From: a virus
Lineage: Duplodnaviria; Heunggongvirae; Uroviricota; Caudoviricetes
Reading direction: 5' to 3' (one strand)
Length of the DNA: 40,125 nucleotides
IMG/VR virus record: IMGVR_UViG_3300027734_000050
Span: 64,001-104,125 of that record
Part shown: in pieces, positions 1 through 12,100 of the stretch
How positions within the stretch are numbered: the stretch's first letter is position 1
Layout: each line of letters starts with the position of its first letter
Program-made: the position numbers and the translations under genes
Notes under the pieces: generated by a model
Told to the model about the DNA's origin: nothing
Seen by the model: the letters and a program-made list of their open reading frames with translations, nothing else
Databases searched by the model: none

Positions 1-96
1 AGAGTCTGTGGCCCCTGTGCTCCAGATGTTGTTAACTTGGCCGGCAAAGGTATTATAGTCTGTTGCTTCAATCAATCCGCCTGATGAATATGTCAT
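1..96 (-). CDS. 5' part of a tail-fibre/virion structural protein, paralog of 114..1118 (runs off the window)
   Basis: Translated by hand: ATG at 96 gives MTYSSGGLIEATDYNTFAGQVNNIWSTGATDS, open to the window edge. It aligns with MTYAANSLIQSSDYNTFATSLGNIWSTGSGD of the upstream gene. An AAGGA SD-like motif precedes it. Confidence 0.85.
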   Translation of the reverse strand, partial: MTYSSGGLIEATDYNTFAGQVNNIWSTGATDS

Positions 97-113
97 ATCT
101 CAGTTTCCTTCTA

Positions 114-1118
114 TTATAACGGAACAACAGTCACCGAAGCAGCAATACTAGGTGTACCCCAGCTGGCACTCAACCCTTGTGCTGTGGATGGTGGAATATA
201 GGTACACAATGTGGTCGGTGCGGTAGCACCACCAATTGAGGTGGCACCCACCGACGGTGCCGATCCGCCCGAAATGTTAGTAGTTGTGCCGGCTGCTGAT
301 ACTGCTTGTTGACTCCAAGTGGTCGACAAGGTCAGGACTGTGGAAGAGGTTGCAGCTTGGACGATAATGTAGTTGGTTGTATATGGCGAAGTGGTATCAA
401 AAAGCGTGAAAATACCAGTGCCAGGTACGGTGCCTCCAAGACCATACCACCCGGTGGTTGTGGTCAATGCAGTCTGATTTCCACCTGTGCCACCGATACG
501 AGTGGTTCCAGTATAGCTTACTCCGGCAACGGTCTGTGCTGCGCTGTTGACATAACCGGCAAGGTAAATTGATCCGCACCAGCCTGCTAGCTGATTCCAG
601 TCGGGATCAAGATCGGTACCTGTGCTTGTCTTGCCAAATTGCAATCGAACACGGCCACCTGCATTAAAGAAGTATCTGGCTTGATCGGCACTAGGAAATG
701 TCACGGTATGCACCCAACGAATCTGCCAGGCGCCCTGGGCTCCGTTACTGGCGCCGGAGGTTGCACTTGTAGTACCACTAGCGTATCCAACTTCAGTGCC
801 TGCACTGGCGGCATTACCACGATTGGTAGTACAGTTGGTAATATCAGTGGCCACGTTGGCTAAAATACTGACAATATTTCCAGCAACAGGAGCAGTTCTT
901 GATGTTATGGCGGTATTAGTTTGGGCGCCCGATGTAGAAAGATTGTTAACTAGTGTAGCCCAGTTGGTAGCCGTGACAATGCCACCGGTACTTACAGCAC
1001 TGATTGCTGATTGGCCCCATCCTTGATCTCCGGATCCGGTACTCCAGATGTTTCCAAGACTTGTAGCAAAAGTATTGTAATCACTTGATTGGATTAAACT
1101 GTTGGCTGCATAAGTCAT
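114..1118 (-). CDS. Ser/Thr/Gly/Ala-rich virion structural (short fibre-like) protein
   Basis: 334-aa ORF with an AGGA SD-like motif, located in the tail operon. Its MTY..xLI..xDYN.F N-terminus is shared with the next gene. Confidence 0.7.
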   Translation of the reverse strand: MTYAANSLIQSSDYNTFATSLGNIWSTGSGDQGWGQSAISAVSTGGIVTATNWATLVNNLSTSGAQTNTAITSRTAPVAGNIVSILANVATDITNCTTNRGNAASAGTEVGYASGTTSATSGASNGAQGAWQIRWVHTVTFPSADQARYFFNAGGRVRLQFGKTSTGTDLDPDWNQLAGWCGSIYLAGYVNSAAQTVAGVSYTGTTRIGGTGGNQTALTTTTGWYGLGGTVPGTGIFTLFDTTSPYTTNYIIVQAATSSTVLTLSTTWSQQAVSAAGTTTNISGGSAPSVGATSIGGATAPTTLCTYIPPSTAQGLSASWGTPSIAASVTVVPL

Positions 1119-1130
1119 ATTTATTTCCTA

Positions 1131-2366
1131 TTATTTTATTGTAACTATGGCTTCAACAGTACCCACGTCTGTAGTTGACTTGCTGCTTAATGCTCGGCCG
1201 ATCACGTTAAACGAAGTTGCTTCTCCGGGCTGTGCTGCACGAGCCATACCATCACCTGCAGAGATCAATCGATCACCTTTGTTAACAACACCAGTAACTT
1301 TAACAGGAACACGACCTGTCATGGCCACTGGAGGATGTGTGTCATTGTCACCTGCGCCGCCATTCATTGTGAAAGCTGGGCGTGTGGAAATAACACCAAA
1401 TACAGAATCGCTGGCGTCATGTTGCACTCGAGTAATCTCTGCTGATCCACCTAATTCAACCACAGTACCTGGTTCGTAGATCTCATCTGCTGCAAATCGT
1501 TCTGCCACGTCCGCATACAATGCTGTGGTGGCCTGAGCGTACACAGTATTGAAATAACTTGATTGAGATCCAATGTTACCTATAGCGTTGCCTGCACCAT
1601 TCACAATAGCGGTAGCACCGGCGGCTGTGTTGATAGTCAGGGTACCTGTGATAGTTTGATTGCCTGTGTTTTGCACATATCCTGAGGCTACTACTCCACC
1701 AAGATATAATGAATTGTTTGCTGTGCCTTGCAGCAATTGTGGAACTCCACCAATGTTTCCTGACATGGTAAGTCCAGGCTGTACTTGTTTGCTACTGCCC
1801 CAACCGCCGCCTGCTGGCGCAACGGCAGGCGTGTATGCAGAATCTTTACTAAAGATACCAACAACTGCGTCTGCTACATACATTTCTACAGCAACATGGC
1901 TAACTGCACTGATATCTGTGATAGTAGTAACAATCGCACCACTCACACCTGTGTTACCGGTGTATGCTGGTCCTACCAAGATCCAACCAGTTGGTCGTCC
2001 GGCTGCTATTCCGCCATAAACATTGAGTTGAGCGTTTGTGGTATCGTACCAAAGATCACCCAATACATTTGAAACGGTTGGGTAAGTGCTACTTGCAGTG
2101 GCACCCGAAATCACTTTGAATGCGGTACCAGTGTATACCTTCATGGTGTCTGTGGTCTGATCCCACCAAAGTTGCCCAGTGAGTGGTGCACCAGGTGCTG
2201 TGGTGTTGGAACCATTTTCTAACAACCGGATGATATCATCGTTGATAAACTGGCCGTAACCGGCATAGTTTTTACCCACCAAGGTCATGCTTGAACTGGT
2301 GTTTATGGTACCATCTGGAATAGTTGCGAAAATCGAACCATCAGTGAGAGTGATTGTATATGACAT
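1131..2366 (-). CDS. Tail fibre/spike protein with C-terminal intramolecular chaperone (Peptidase G2-like autocleavage domain)
   Basis: N-terminal anchor ...GKNYAGYG...ENG...P..GQLWWD; C-terminal YADVAERF...GTVV...GVIST.PA...PVAMTGRVPVKV.G.V.KGD.L...G.A...IGRAL pattern typical of phage fibre chaperone domains; GGAG SD. Confidence 0.75.
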   Translation of the reverse strand: MSYTITLTDGSIFATIPDGTINTSSSMTLVGKNYAGYGQFINDDIIRLLENGSNTTAPGAPLTGQLWWDQTTDTMKVYTGTAFKVISGATASSTYPTVSNVLGDLWYDTTNAQLNVYGGIAAGRPTGWILVGPAYTGNTGVSGAIVTTITDISAVSHVAVEMYVADAVVGIFSKDSAYTPAVAPAGGGWGSSKQVQPGLTMSGNIGGVPQLLQGTANNSLYLGGVVASGYVQNTGNQTITGTLTINTAAGATAIVNGAGNAIGNIGSQSSYFNTVYAQATTALYADVAERFAADEIYEPGTVVELGGSAEITRVQHDASDSVFGVISTRPAFTMNGGAGDNDTHPPVAMTGRVPVKVTGVVNKGDRLISAGDGMARAAQPGEATSFNVIGRALSSKSTTDVGTVEAIVTIK

Positions 2367-2390
2367 GTTTGTTTCTCCGAATCTTATAGG

Positions 2391-2398
2391 TATTTATT
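2391..2398 (-). promoter_or_regulatory. Putative gp55-dependent late promoter (AATAAATA)
   Basis: The TAAATA core of the T4 late promoter TATAAATA lies in the intergenic gap upstream of the fibre gene. A second copy, CATAAATA, is at 2416-2423. Confidence 0.6.
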
Positions 2399-2418
2399 AC
2401 CTGTTAATCTACACATAT

Positions 2419-3030
2419 TTATGTTGTACTTAGGTTAGTTAAGGTCTGTATACGCACCGTATAGTCGATCTGTATCTGGCGATTTAGTGCTTTTTGCACA
2501 GGATGAAAGATCACATGGGTCAACAATCGTAAATTGGTTGTATCTCCATTTACGGCCTTTAGCCCTAGTTCATCAAACACATATTCACCATTGTAATTGG
2601 TACTGTTATCAAAGGCCTGTTGTCCCGGTGGTTCACCGTAATCTAACAAACAACTCACAAGAATATCTGTGTACACTTGCCCGGATGTATGCAATACTTC
2701 CATGTAATTGTTGATTATATCAGTATCTGCTGCTGAATTATCATCAACTACTTTGATATAAGTTTGATTGTAAAGATCAGCGTTGGCGCCAGTGGTATTT
2801 GGAGGCAAATAGGTGATCACACCTGTGGGATCCACAGCACTACCACCGTTTCCAAAGGCCATGGCATAAATCCATCCACCACCTTGTGCGAGAGTTCTAT
2901 TACTGAGTGTAGTAGCCAATGCCACACTCATATTTTCGTAATGAATCGCATTCTTTTTATCTACAAATATTTCTCCGCTAACTGGATCAAAGATCTTTAC
3001 AAATCCTTGTATTTGAACTGGTATCATCAT
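2419..3030 (-). CDS. Baseplate/tail-collar fibre-attachment-like protein
   Basis: 203 aa; the YVFDELGL...LLTHVIFHPVQKALNRQIQIDYTVRI C-terminus resembles tail-collar fibre-type beta domains; it sits between the wedge and fibre genes. Confidence 0.55.
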   Translation of the reverse strand: MMIPVQIQGFVKIFDPVSGEIFVDKKNAIHYENMSVALATTLSNRTLAQGGGWIYAMAFGNGGSAVDPTGVITYLPPNTTGANADLYNQTYIKVVDDNSAADTDIINNYMEVLHTSGQVYTDILVSCLLDYGEPPGQQAFDNSTNYNGEYVFDELGLKAVNGDTTNLRLLTHVIFHPVQKALNRQIQIDYTVRIQTLTNLSTT

Positions 3031-3173
3031 GCTCGTGTCTCCACAAATACTTGTTTGGTTTTGGGATCCGAAATCTTTAAAAAGCTCGAAACTGCAATAG
3101 TGCCACGCTCATCGGGTTTTGCGACTGGCTGTGGTTTTGCTGGCTGTGGTTTAATCTGCTGGTTTTGCTGCAT
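3027..3173 (-). CDS. 48-aa micro-protein not in the ORF track, homologous to the N-terminal hairpin of the downstream gene
   Basis: MQQNQQIKPQPAKPQPVAKPDERGTIAVSSFLKISDPKTKQVFVETRA*. It fills the 3031-3185 gap, its stop overlaps the next start (ATGA), and GGTAAATA precedes it. Confidence 0.8.
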   Translation of the reverse strand: MQQNQQIKPQPAKPQPVAKPDERGTIAVSSFLKISDPKTKQVFVETRA

Positions 3174-3177
3174 GATT

Positions 3178-3185
3178 TATTTACC
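3178..3185 (-). promoter_or_regulatory. Putative late promoter GGTAAATA
   Basis: The same octamer occurs upstream of three structural genes (3178, 21058, 30956). Confidence 0.6.
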
Positions 3186-6100
3186 TTAGTTTTGTCCTCT
3201 GAAGAACCTTGCGGCGTCAGTTTGAGTCACTTGCAATGCTTGCCCATCTGAAGGATTGCCGTTGGCTGGTTGATACCATCCAAACCCTTGTCGTACTCGT
3301 ATTGAAATTTCGTATCCGTCAGTGGGTGCTGTGGCGAATGTGATTGTAGCAGGGTCAACAGAATCTATAGTATAACCTGTATACACACGTATTCCGGCCA
3401 CATACACCAGGATGGCTTGCTCGGCAAAACTCAAACTCAACTCACTCAAATTGATATTTGGTGCAGTGAATGTTGTAGTAGCACCATCTGCTAGTGTGTT
3501 TGTATACACTATACGATCTTGATAGATCGTAGGTGCCAAATTGCCTTGTCCAAGATTGTACACGATACTGTCCACAGCATGGTCAGACGCTGCTGTACCT
3601 GCTGTACCACGCATCAAACTGCTGACAGTATTGTTATCAATATCAAGTTCACGATACATGATACGCTCACCATTGATGGTGATGATACCCCAGATATTGG
3701 TCTCCAGGTCAGGCTGTGTTAATGCACCAGCATCCAAGACATAGATTATATCCTGATCTTTACGCAATGGTTCTACCAACATAGTTGTAGTTTGTGGAGT
3801 CATACGGTACGTTGCCTGTACTCCGCGCATGTCTTGGAATATACGGAATTCCATGGCCTCGGGCACAACAGAATCAGTAAACAACTGCGCCACTACTACA
3901 TCAGTCACGCCGATTGCCGGCCCATGCAATACAAGTTCTTGTCCAACAACTAGATAGTCATCGCCGTAGAAAATACGATCTCCATTCTTTGTGACCCACA
4001 TCCTAGTTGGGTCAAGTACAACTCTACCCAATTGGAAGTCGTTAACAATGACCTGTATACCCTCAGTGTAGTCAAAACTTCCAGAATCACCAGTCACAGT
4101 TCCTTGGTCAAATGGTAATGAATCAAAAGGTTCTGTTATTACAGCACCCTCGGTTACAGGGCCTTGCCATAACAAGGTCACTATACTTTGTTGTGCAGTG
4201 TCATTCCACGAAGTCACAGAGACGATATCACCGTACTGTGGATAGAACCCACCAATGGTACGGAATACCAGTGTATAATCGTTGATACTACTGCTGTCAT
4301 CATATACCACATAGTCGGCTTTGGTAGTCACTGCAATCAAAATTTCTGAACCTGTTGCCGGTGGAATATTGAAATCTACATACCTAACATTATTACCGCT
4401 GGTGTAAGAGTCTAGAGAATAATTGAGACCCAATGCCTGCAATTGATTATCTACATAAACCAATACCTCCTGATCAGTAATCAATGCTACACTATATCCT
4501 CCACGGTTGGGCAATGCATATCCTGAACTTCCGTCGGAAATGTAGAATGCACCTTCGGGTGGTCTTGCACGAATACCATTTACTTCTACTACTATATTAG
4601 GAATGTTGGTACCCGACATAGTATTGTCAAGTCGATAATCTAATCTACCATCACTGACAAAATACTGAGTCTGAGGAGTCGACCATGAATCGGATTGACT
4701 GCCGTCAGTTTCACCAATAGCAGTGACATTTATCTCATCAGTTGATGTGTATGTGGTTGCAAAAGTTATATCTGTGGTGTTGTTTACACCTGCCACATAG
4801 GTATAATTGTTTATCAATTCACCATTTACAAAGATTACCATTTCAAAAATTTGATTTTCCTTTACAGGAATGTTCAAGCGATTGCCAACATCTGCACCAT
4901 TGTAACTGTTTTTATAAAGTTGATTACCACCACCTATGCCAAATATACTGAGTACCAATATATCACCATTGGCCGCCGGAGGTGCGCTTACGCTAGGAAT
5001 GATAGCAACAGTGTTGTTGACCCAATCCACGGCGTATGCCAAATCCTGGGTGAGATCACGTCGTTGTGTTTGGTTGGTCACACGTATCTGTACAGGATTG
5101 GGCACAATCCCATTGAAACTCTGTGCATATGCCGTGGTGCTATCGTATACCCATTTGACAATTTTCCAAGCAAATCCATGCCCGTTGAGATCCCAATCCC
5201 CACCAGGTTGTGTATACACACGGAAGTCCATGGTATCAAACTCTGAACCAGGTACCAATTCTTCAGGTGCGTGGCTTTCGTAAGGTCCAACAAATTCACC
5301 ACCCACCACATTGACGTCGGTGGGGCGGATTCCTAGATAGATGTTTGAAAAACTACTTTCGTAAATAGCATCCAAGATTCGCGGATCGTATGTAGGAAGA
5401 CCTTCTGGACCATAAGAAATATTATCCCAGGGGTTTACGTCCCAGTTACCCACATCAAAACCAGTATTTTGACTGAATGTAGGCGCTGACACTTGTACAC
5501 CCGGGTAAGTCACACCATCAATCAACAAACCTAAATTCAATCCTGGTTCGTTGGCAGTGGGCACATATAATCCCATGGTACGGTCAACTCCACTCAATGT
5601 GGCAGCATTGACCAAATTCCATTGGGCCGGATCAAAAGTAGCAGATTCTACGCCAGTTGAGTCACCACTGTCTGCTTGCCAAACTCTGTTATCATACCGA
5701 ACTTGTGTACCGTTATCATAATTTACATTTGGTTCCCAATCAACAATGGTAGATACATACTGGAACCTGTCATATTTCATTGTAATGTTGAAACTGCGTA
5801 CCAAGTTATAGTATTGTGTATTGCCGTATGTAGACGAACTTGGGTCTTGATTTTCTCCCACACCTGGTCCGGACATTCGAGCAACTAACTGTCCGCCAGT
5901 GCCATTGCCACCACTTAATACGATCAAAGCAGTAGTGATGTATCCCACGCCTGGGTTGATCACGGTAACTCCGGTCAATTTTCCTAGACTGTTTATGTTA
6001 ACTGTGAGTTCAGCAGGTGTAACACAATCGCCAATGACCGTGGCCACAGGCGGAACTGTGTAACCCGAACCACTGTCGGCCACAGCGGCACCTACCACAG

Positions 6101-9100
6101 CAAGAGTATAGTTTTGGTACCAGAAATTCCACGGCTGCGTTGTCCATATCAAACTGTCAGCAGCAGCATCACTGATATCGCTGGAAGTTCCAGTGCCTGT
6201 TGCTGTGCTCACAGTGTAAGGAGTCAATACTGGACTCACAAATTGATTAGGTACCACATCAGTGTCATAATATGCAGGTACATCAAAGTCCGTAATTGAT
6301 CCTTGGTAGTCATCCAATCCATTGTAAATCAAATTGAATTCACGTACCTGTACATGATAGGGTTTTACTTCTTGAATGTAGTCTAATACAAAATCTTGAT
6401 TATCACGTCGATATGTTTGGAAAGCCAACAATTCACGTATGTTATGATCGACATCAATCAAAGAAGTTTTAGTCAACCATTCTGGTGATTCAAATTCTGT
6501 GAGAGCAAAATTAAACATCAACATCAATGCACGATTGCGTTCGATCAACAATTCATCAATCAATAATTCCTGATTGATGGCCTGGATAATTTTACGGGTT
6601 TCGATCACAGGCTCTTGATCAAAATACTGTGAATCAAAAACTTGTGCATCCCATCCATATCTGGCCAATTGATAGTCCCACAGGGTGGCAGAAAGTTCTA
6701 TAGTGCCCGATTGAAGGCCCACACGCTCCCAGGTGCTAGTCGCCGCACGTAGATATATCTCCCATTTGCCTTGTGCATTGGAGGTTACACGTACACTAGA
6801 ACCCACGGGTGCTTGATACACACTTAATTTGCTGAGGTCGCTGTATACAGCCACTGTGGTAATAACTTGTTGGCTAGAATTATATCCTGGGAGATACCAA
6901 TCAATGTATGACCAATACCTACGTGTGTCGTAGTTTTGAACTCGGACTAATTCTAATGTAGCAAATGTTTTTGGTGCTGTGACTTGATAGATAGTCCAAA
7001 GACCATTTTCCCCTGAATCACTGACCACAAGATATCTGTATCCCACTGACACGAATGCAAGATTTTGATAACTGAGTTCTTCAAGATTGGCCACTCGTTT
7101 ATCCCACGCACCGCTGCCTTCTGGTGGCTCGGGTTCTCTGCTGTTTAATAAAACAAAACTGCGAATTTCGCTGATAGGTAACTGTGCTAGAACTGAATTG
7201 GCTCTTCCAAAATAGTTTTTCAATGCAAGGAATCTATCCACAAACATACTTTGACGTGGGCTAAACAATACCCCATATCGATTGGCTGCACTGACATTTA
7301 GATCAGGTACCAATGCTCCGAGAGAATTTACTCCGCATAAACTATCCTGGAATTTGAGATACAGGTTGTCAGGAAGGAACCCATCGGCACGATCTTGAGG
7401 AATTAAACTGTACTGTACGTGAACGTTATTCTCAGTTAGTTCTCGATCAAACTCAATACTGAGTATGGTATCCTGTGCCGAAATATAATTTGCAGCATTG
7501 TAAATTCCAGTTGCACCTGCGCTTAAAAATGCCACATAGGTAATACCCGATGCTACAGGATCGGCAATGTATCTTGCGATACCAAGAGCACTGAGCGTTT
7601 TACCGGCCTGGGTATCTATAGTAGGAATGTTACGAACCCAAAAATAGTATTTTGTAACAATAAAACCATTGACATCTACACCCGATACTACATTGTAACT
7701 GGTTGCGTTTCTAGGTATTCCTGGTCCGGTATAGCCGGCCGGAGGAACTGTACTGCTGATCCATTGATATATGTCAACATTTGCACCAGGGAATATCTGC
7801 CCCCAACGGCGTGCCGCATAAGTGATGTTGTCTTGGTTGGGGTCAATGAATCGTACTCTGTTGGTATCCCACCAAATTTCTCCAAGGTGGGCTGCTGCCC
7901 ATGTTTGACCATAGTTGTTTATAGGACCCACATTGTATGCAGCAGGGTCTACAGCACTAGTGTAGTTGATGTTTTCAGCGGCAGCACCTAGTATTTTTCC
8001 TTGCAATGGATCAATAAAATCAAAATATTGAGTTTTAGCACCAGTTGTGGCACTGTAAGTATACACAGAATTTATTAGGCTCACATTGACTACCGGCACT
8101 TGTTCACGTATCACGGTCCATGCTGGGGTCAAAGTAGGATTGTTGAACACAGCCACACGGCCATAATTCAAGTCGCTTAATGTACTGTCACCTAGATCAT
8201 TGCCCGGACTTCCTACCAGCAATACTCCATTGATGTAACTTATTGATGTACCAAACTGATCTAATTCTTGCACACGTTGATCATATATCTGTTGACCAAA
8301 CACAAACTTGCCTGGATCACTGAGTGAATCCGATGAACTTCTCAAATAATCATATGTATAAACCACACCGCTCTGATACAATGGCCCATTAAATGTGGTT
8401 GTACGGCCATCAAAGTATGTATCGCCTTGGTCGAATGTGTTGGGTCGATATAGATTGCCACGTGGTACACCCACGGACAATGTAGTGGCTGCGGTGTCAA
8501 TGTTCACTGCTGATCCAAATCCAACATTAACTGCCGGAGCGGGACTGGTCACTGTTTGTGTGTATGCAAAAGTATTGAAGCCAAGACTTTGGAATATATT
8601 TCCTATCAATCCGGGTAGCACAGTGAGTCTGTTGCCTGCGACAGCGGCCAATGCATTTTTAACACTCACAGTCAATAATCCATAGGTTGCGGTGCCCGGA
8701 AGTCCAGTACTGGCTATCACATTGGCGATACCTGATGCATTGATGTTGTTGACCAAATTAGTCACCCAGGTGCTGGTTTCCCAATAAGATGTATCAGTTA
8801 TGGCTACACCAGTAGGCACACTGCGTATAGATCGATACAGACCCGAGTTATATTGTACCACGGTATTGGCTGTCCAGGTCAAGGCGCTGTTCCATGTGGA
8901 CGGATTGCTGAGAATCACTTCTTGATCGTTGATCCGTATGCTTTGTCCAGGAATCAATTGTGGGTTAGGATTTATGCTGGTGGTGATTCCGTATACTCGG
9001 CTTTGATTTAAATTGCGTTGTACTGACCCTGCTCCTTCCAACACAGAACTATCTTGTGGTGCTCCGGTATACAAACTGCAACTATATCTACAGATATCCA

Positions 9101-12100
9101 CCGCTGAACCAAACTTTGCGGACTGGCTTGGAGCATTGGCTGTTACAATCTGCAATAGATTGAATGTGTTTACCTGGACCTGCAACACATCTCCCACAGC
9201 CAATGGCACATTTACCGTGACCGTTGTTCCACTCACTGTGAATTGTTGTACCACATTGTTAACCAAGAAAGTATTGTTCAATACCACTATGGTAGGATCT
9301 ACTAACACAGCGCCATCCACTGTGTAAGATGTTTGGGTAGGATCGGTAATTATAAAATTCTGTACAGAACGGTCATACACATAAACAGAACCCGAATCAT
9401 TGATGTTTTGATAATCATCATTGGGGGTCCCGATCATGACCTGACGCCCATCTATGGTACATGACACACTGGTTCCAAACCCGGCATCATCACTCAATCT
9501 AGCAGTGATAGTGGTAGATGCTGTGGTCTGTGCTGGGATTACTTGATATGTGCCTGTTCCACCTGTGGCCGAAATCAAACTTGTGATTCGTGTTCCTGCT
9601 GCCACTCCGGTGCCACTGAGCATCATGCCTACATACAGAGAAGATGATCCAGTAGGCACCGAAGTTACTGTCATGGTGCTGCCCGAGATAGAGGCTGCAA
9701 ACGGTAAGGTAAATTCTAAAGTATTAGCAAAAGTATAATAACTGCCGGTGTTTACAGCAATGGTTGCGGCTGCTGCGGGTGCAGTGAAAAATATCAACTG
9801 TCTACCAACGGTGCTATAGTCAGGATTGAATTCATAGTCAATGTTGGGTCGTTGTGTCACTCCGTTTAAGATCACTATAAAACTATAGATACTCACAGCG
9901 GTGTACAAGTATTCATCCAACTCAAATATTCTAGTAAATCCATCACCGATAAAACTGGTACTAGTTCTACGAGTGATGTTTAAGATCAAATCTTTAGGAG
10001 GAGGTGTATTTAGAACAACATTATTAGCAGTTAAGTTATAATCAACTCCGCTGAACAATTCTTGATTGTTTAACACCACACTGAGTTGATCTGGATATGC
10101 AGAATCTATAGTGATAGAATCAGAGTAATTGTAAATGTATGTATCACCATCAGTTACATATTTTACCGACTGAACTGGCAGTTCTACCAACCCATATGCA
10201 TACACTTTATTGATGCCCGGTGCACCTATGTACATCCAATGTTCATCCTGGCTCACAGCCACGCTGTATCCAAATTTTGCCAGATACACTAACTCTATAG
10301 GGTTTGGCGCCGTGAGCAACGATCTGATTGAAAAATCAACTGTGCCCGGTTGACGATATACCACTGCCGCATATCCCCGACTGTTGTAACTGTCCGGTGC
10401 TCCTACCACTTGCCAAGTTTGATTGCCGATGCTGACTGCATGACCAAACCCCACTGTATCGGTCGCAGATAGTTCAATAATTGCATTTTGTTCAAATGGT
10501 ACTATATACGATTTTATGTAAGTGTATATGGCACCATTGCCTGAATCATATCCTGGGCTGCCTACTATGGCGTATGCATTATCTGTAGATTGTGCTATGC
10601 TTTGTCCAAAAAAACTATCAGTAACTGGATCGCGTGCTTTGATTTCGTCTTTACTGGTAAAGACTTCTTGTTTTTCTAAAACTTCCCACAGGCCAAGTCC
10701 ATTGTTATCAACCCAGGCTTTGTTGCCCGGTATCAAACTATTGGCATAAGGCAAGTTGATTACATCGCTGGCCTGGCTCACTCTTTGAGTTTGTAAAACA
10801 AAACCAATGCCATTGCCTGTCTCAGTAATCTGGCTTTGGTTAGTAAAACTGAACACTGCTACCAACTGTGTGATACTGGGTATTCTCAATATCTTATAAG
10901 TCCCATCTACTATAGATGAGAAGAATCTAATTACAAATGTGAGATCCGCAGTGGTGGCATTTACTACAGAAAGACCATGTGGTTGAGTAAATGTAAACAC
11001 ACTGGTACCGTCGAGATTCGTGGTCACAGAAATCAAATAGCCGGGCAATTTGCTGATTCTATAAACGCCCCAATCATAATTATTGATCTTGGCTGCCCAA
11101 ACAGAAGATCCTAGATTGATCTCATTGAGAGTGGCATTTAAATTTACAGGAATACTTAGATCAAAAACTGTGATATCAACATCATCAAAGTTTACATAAC
11201 CTGCACTAGGCAATGCAGAGTTGGCTATCGGAACGATCTCTGTGGTCAGTATGTTTGGGCTTGTTATCTTGTAACTGCTTTTCCATAAATTGTTTACCAA
11301 GACTGTTTGATTGGCTTCGCTGCTTTCACCGCTGGCAATCACTTGTATAGTACTGGGATTAGAGTTCAACAATGCTTCATTCAATTGCAATTCATAAAAA
11401 CTTCTATTGGCATTGGCACCATAGATGCCGCGTTGGATCGCCCAATTTTCGTAAATTTGGTATTGTGTTGGACCGCGTCCGAGATCAGCAAGAGAAAATA
11501 TGTCAACTGCACGTAGTGTACCTTTGGTACCTAAAAATTGTTGATACAACTGTACTTGACTGGTACTATCTAATTCTAGATTTACCATGTATTGTCTGGG
11601 TTTCCATCCAATCAATCCATAGGCAAATAGGTCCTGACTGAGTTCAAGATTGGCGGTATACACATTATAACTGTTGGCCAACTGATTGCTCTTGTTAGCG
11701 GCATTGGGCAGCAGACCTTGCTGGATCTTTGTATAGTTAGATACTGTCCATTGTGTGATGTCAAATTCAGCCGAAGGTTGAACTATATCCAATGCACTGT
11801 AGTAAGTATTTTTCCATAGAACAATCTCACCTCTTGTGTATTTTTTCAACGGATTCCAGGACTCGATATTGTTTTGATTTAATATGAACCCTGGTGCATT
11901 AAGTTGGCCATTCCATTGTGCTGTATTCCATCCCACCAACCTCACACGACTTTGTCTTGCGGCAGTGACAGGATTGTAAATCAGATCGTTGAATATAGTA
12001 ACATTATCCAGTACGACCATATTTTCATAACTGGTAAATTTTATATTGAGAAAATTGATAGTCTCTGATGTCAGACTGGTAACACTAAAAGTATTGTCTA

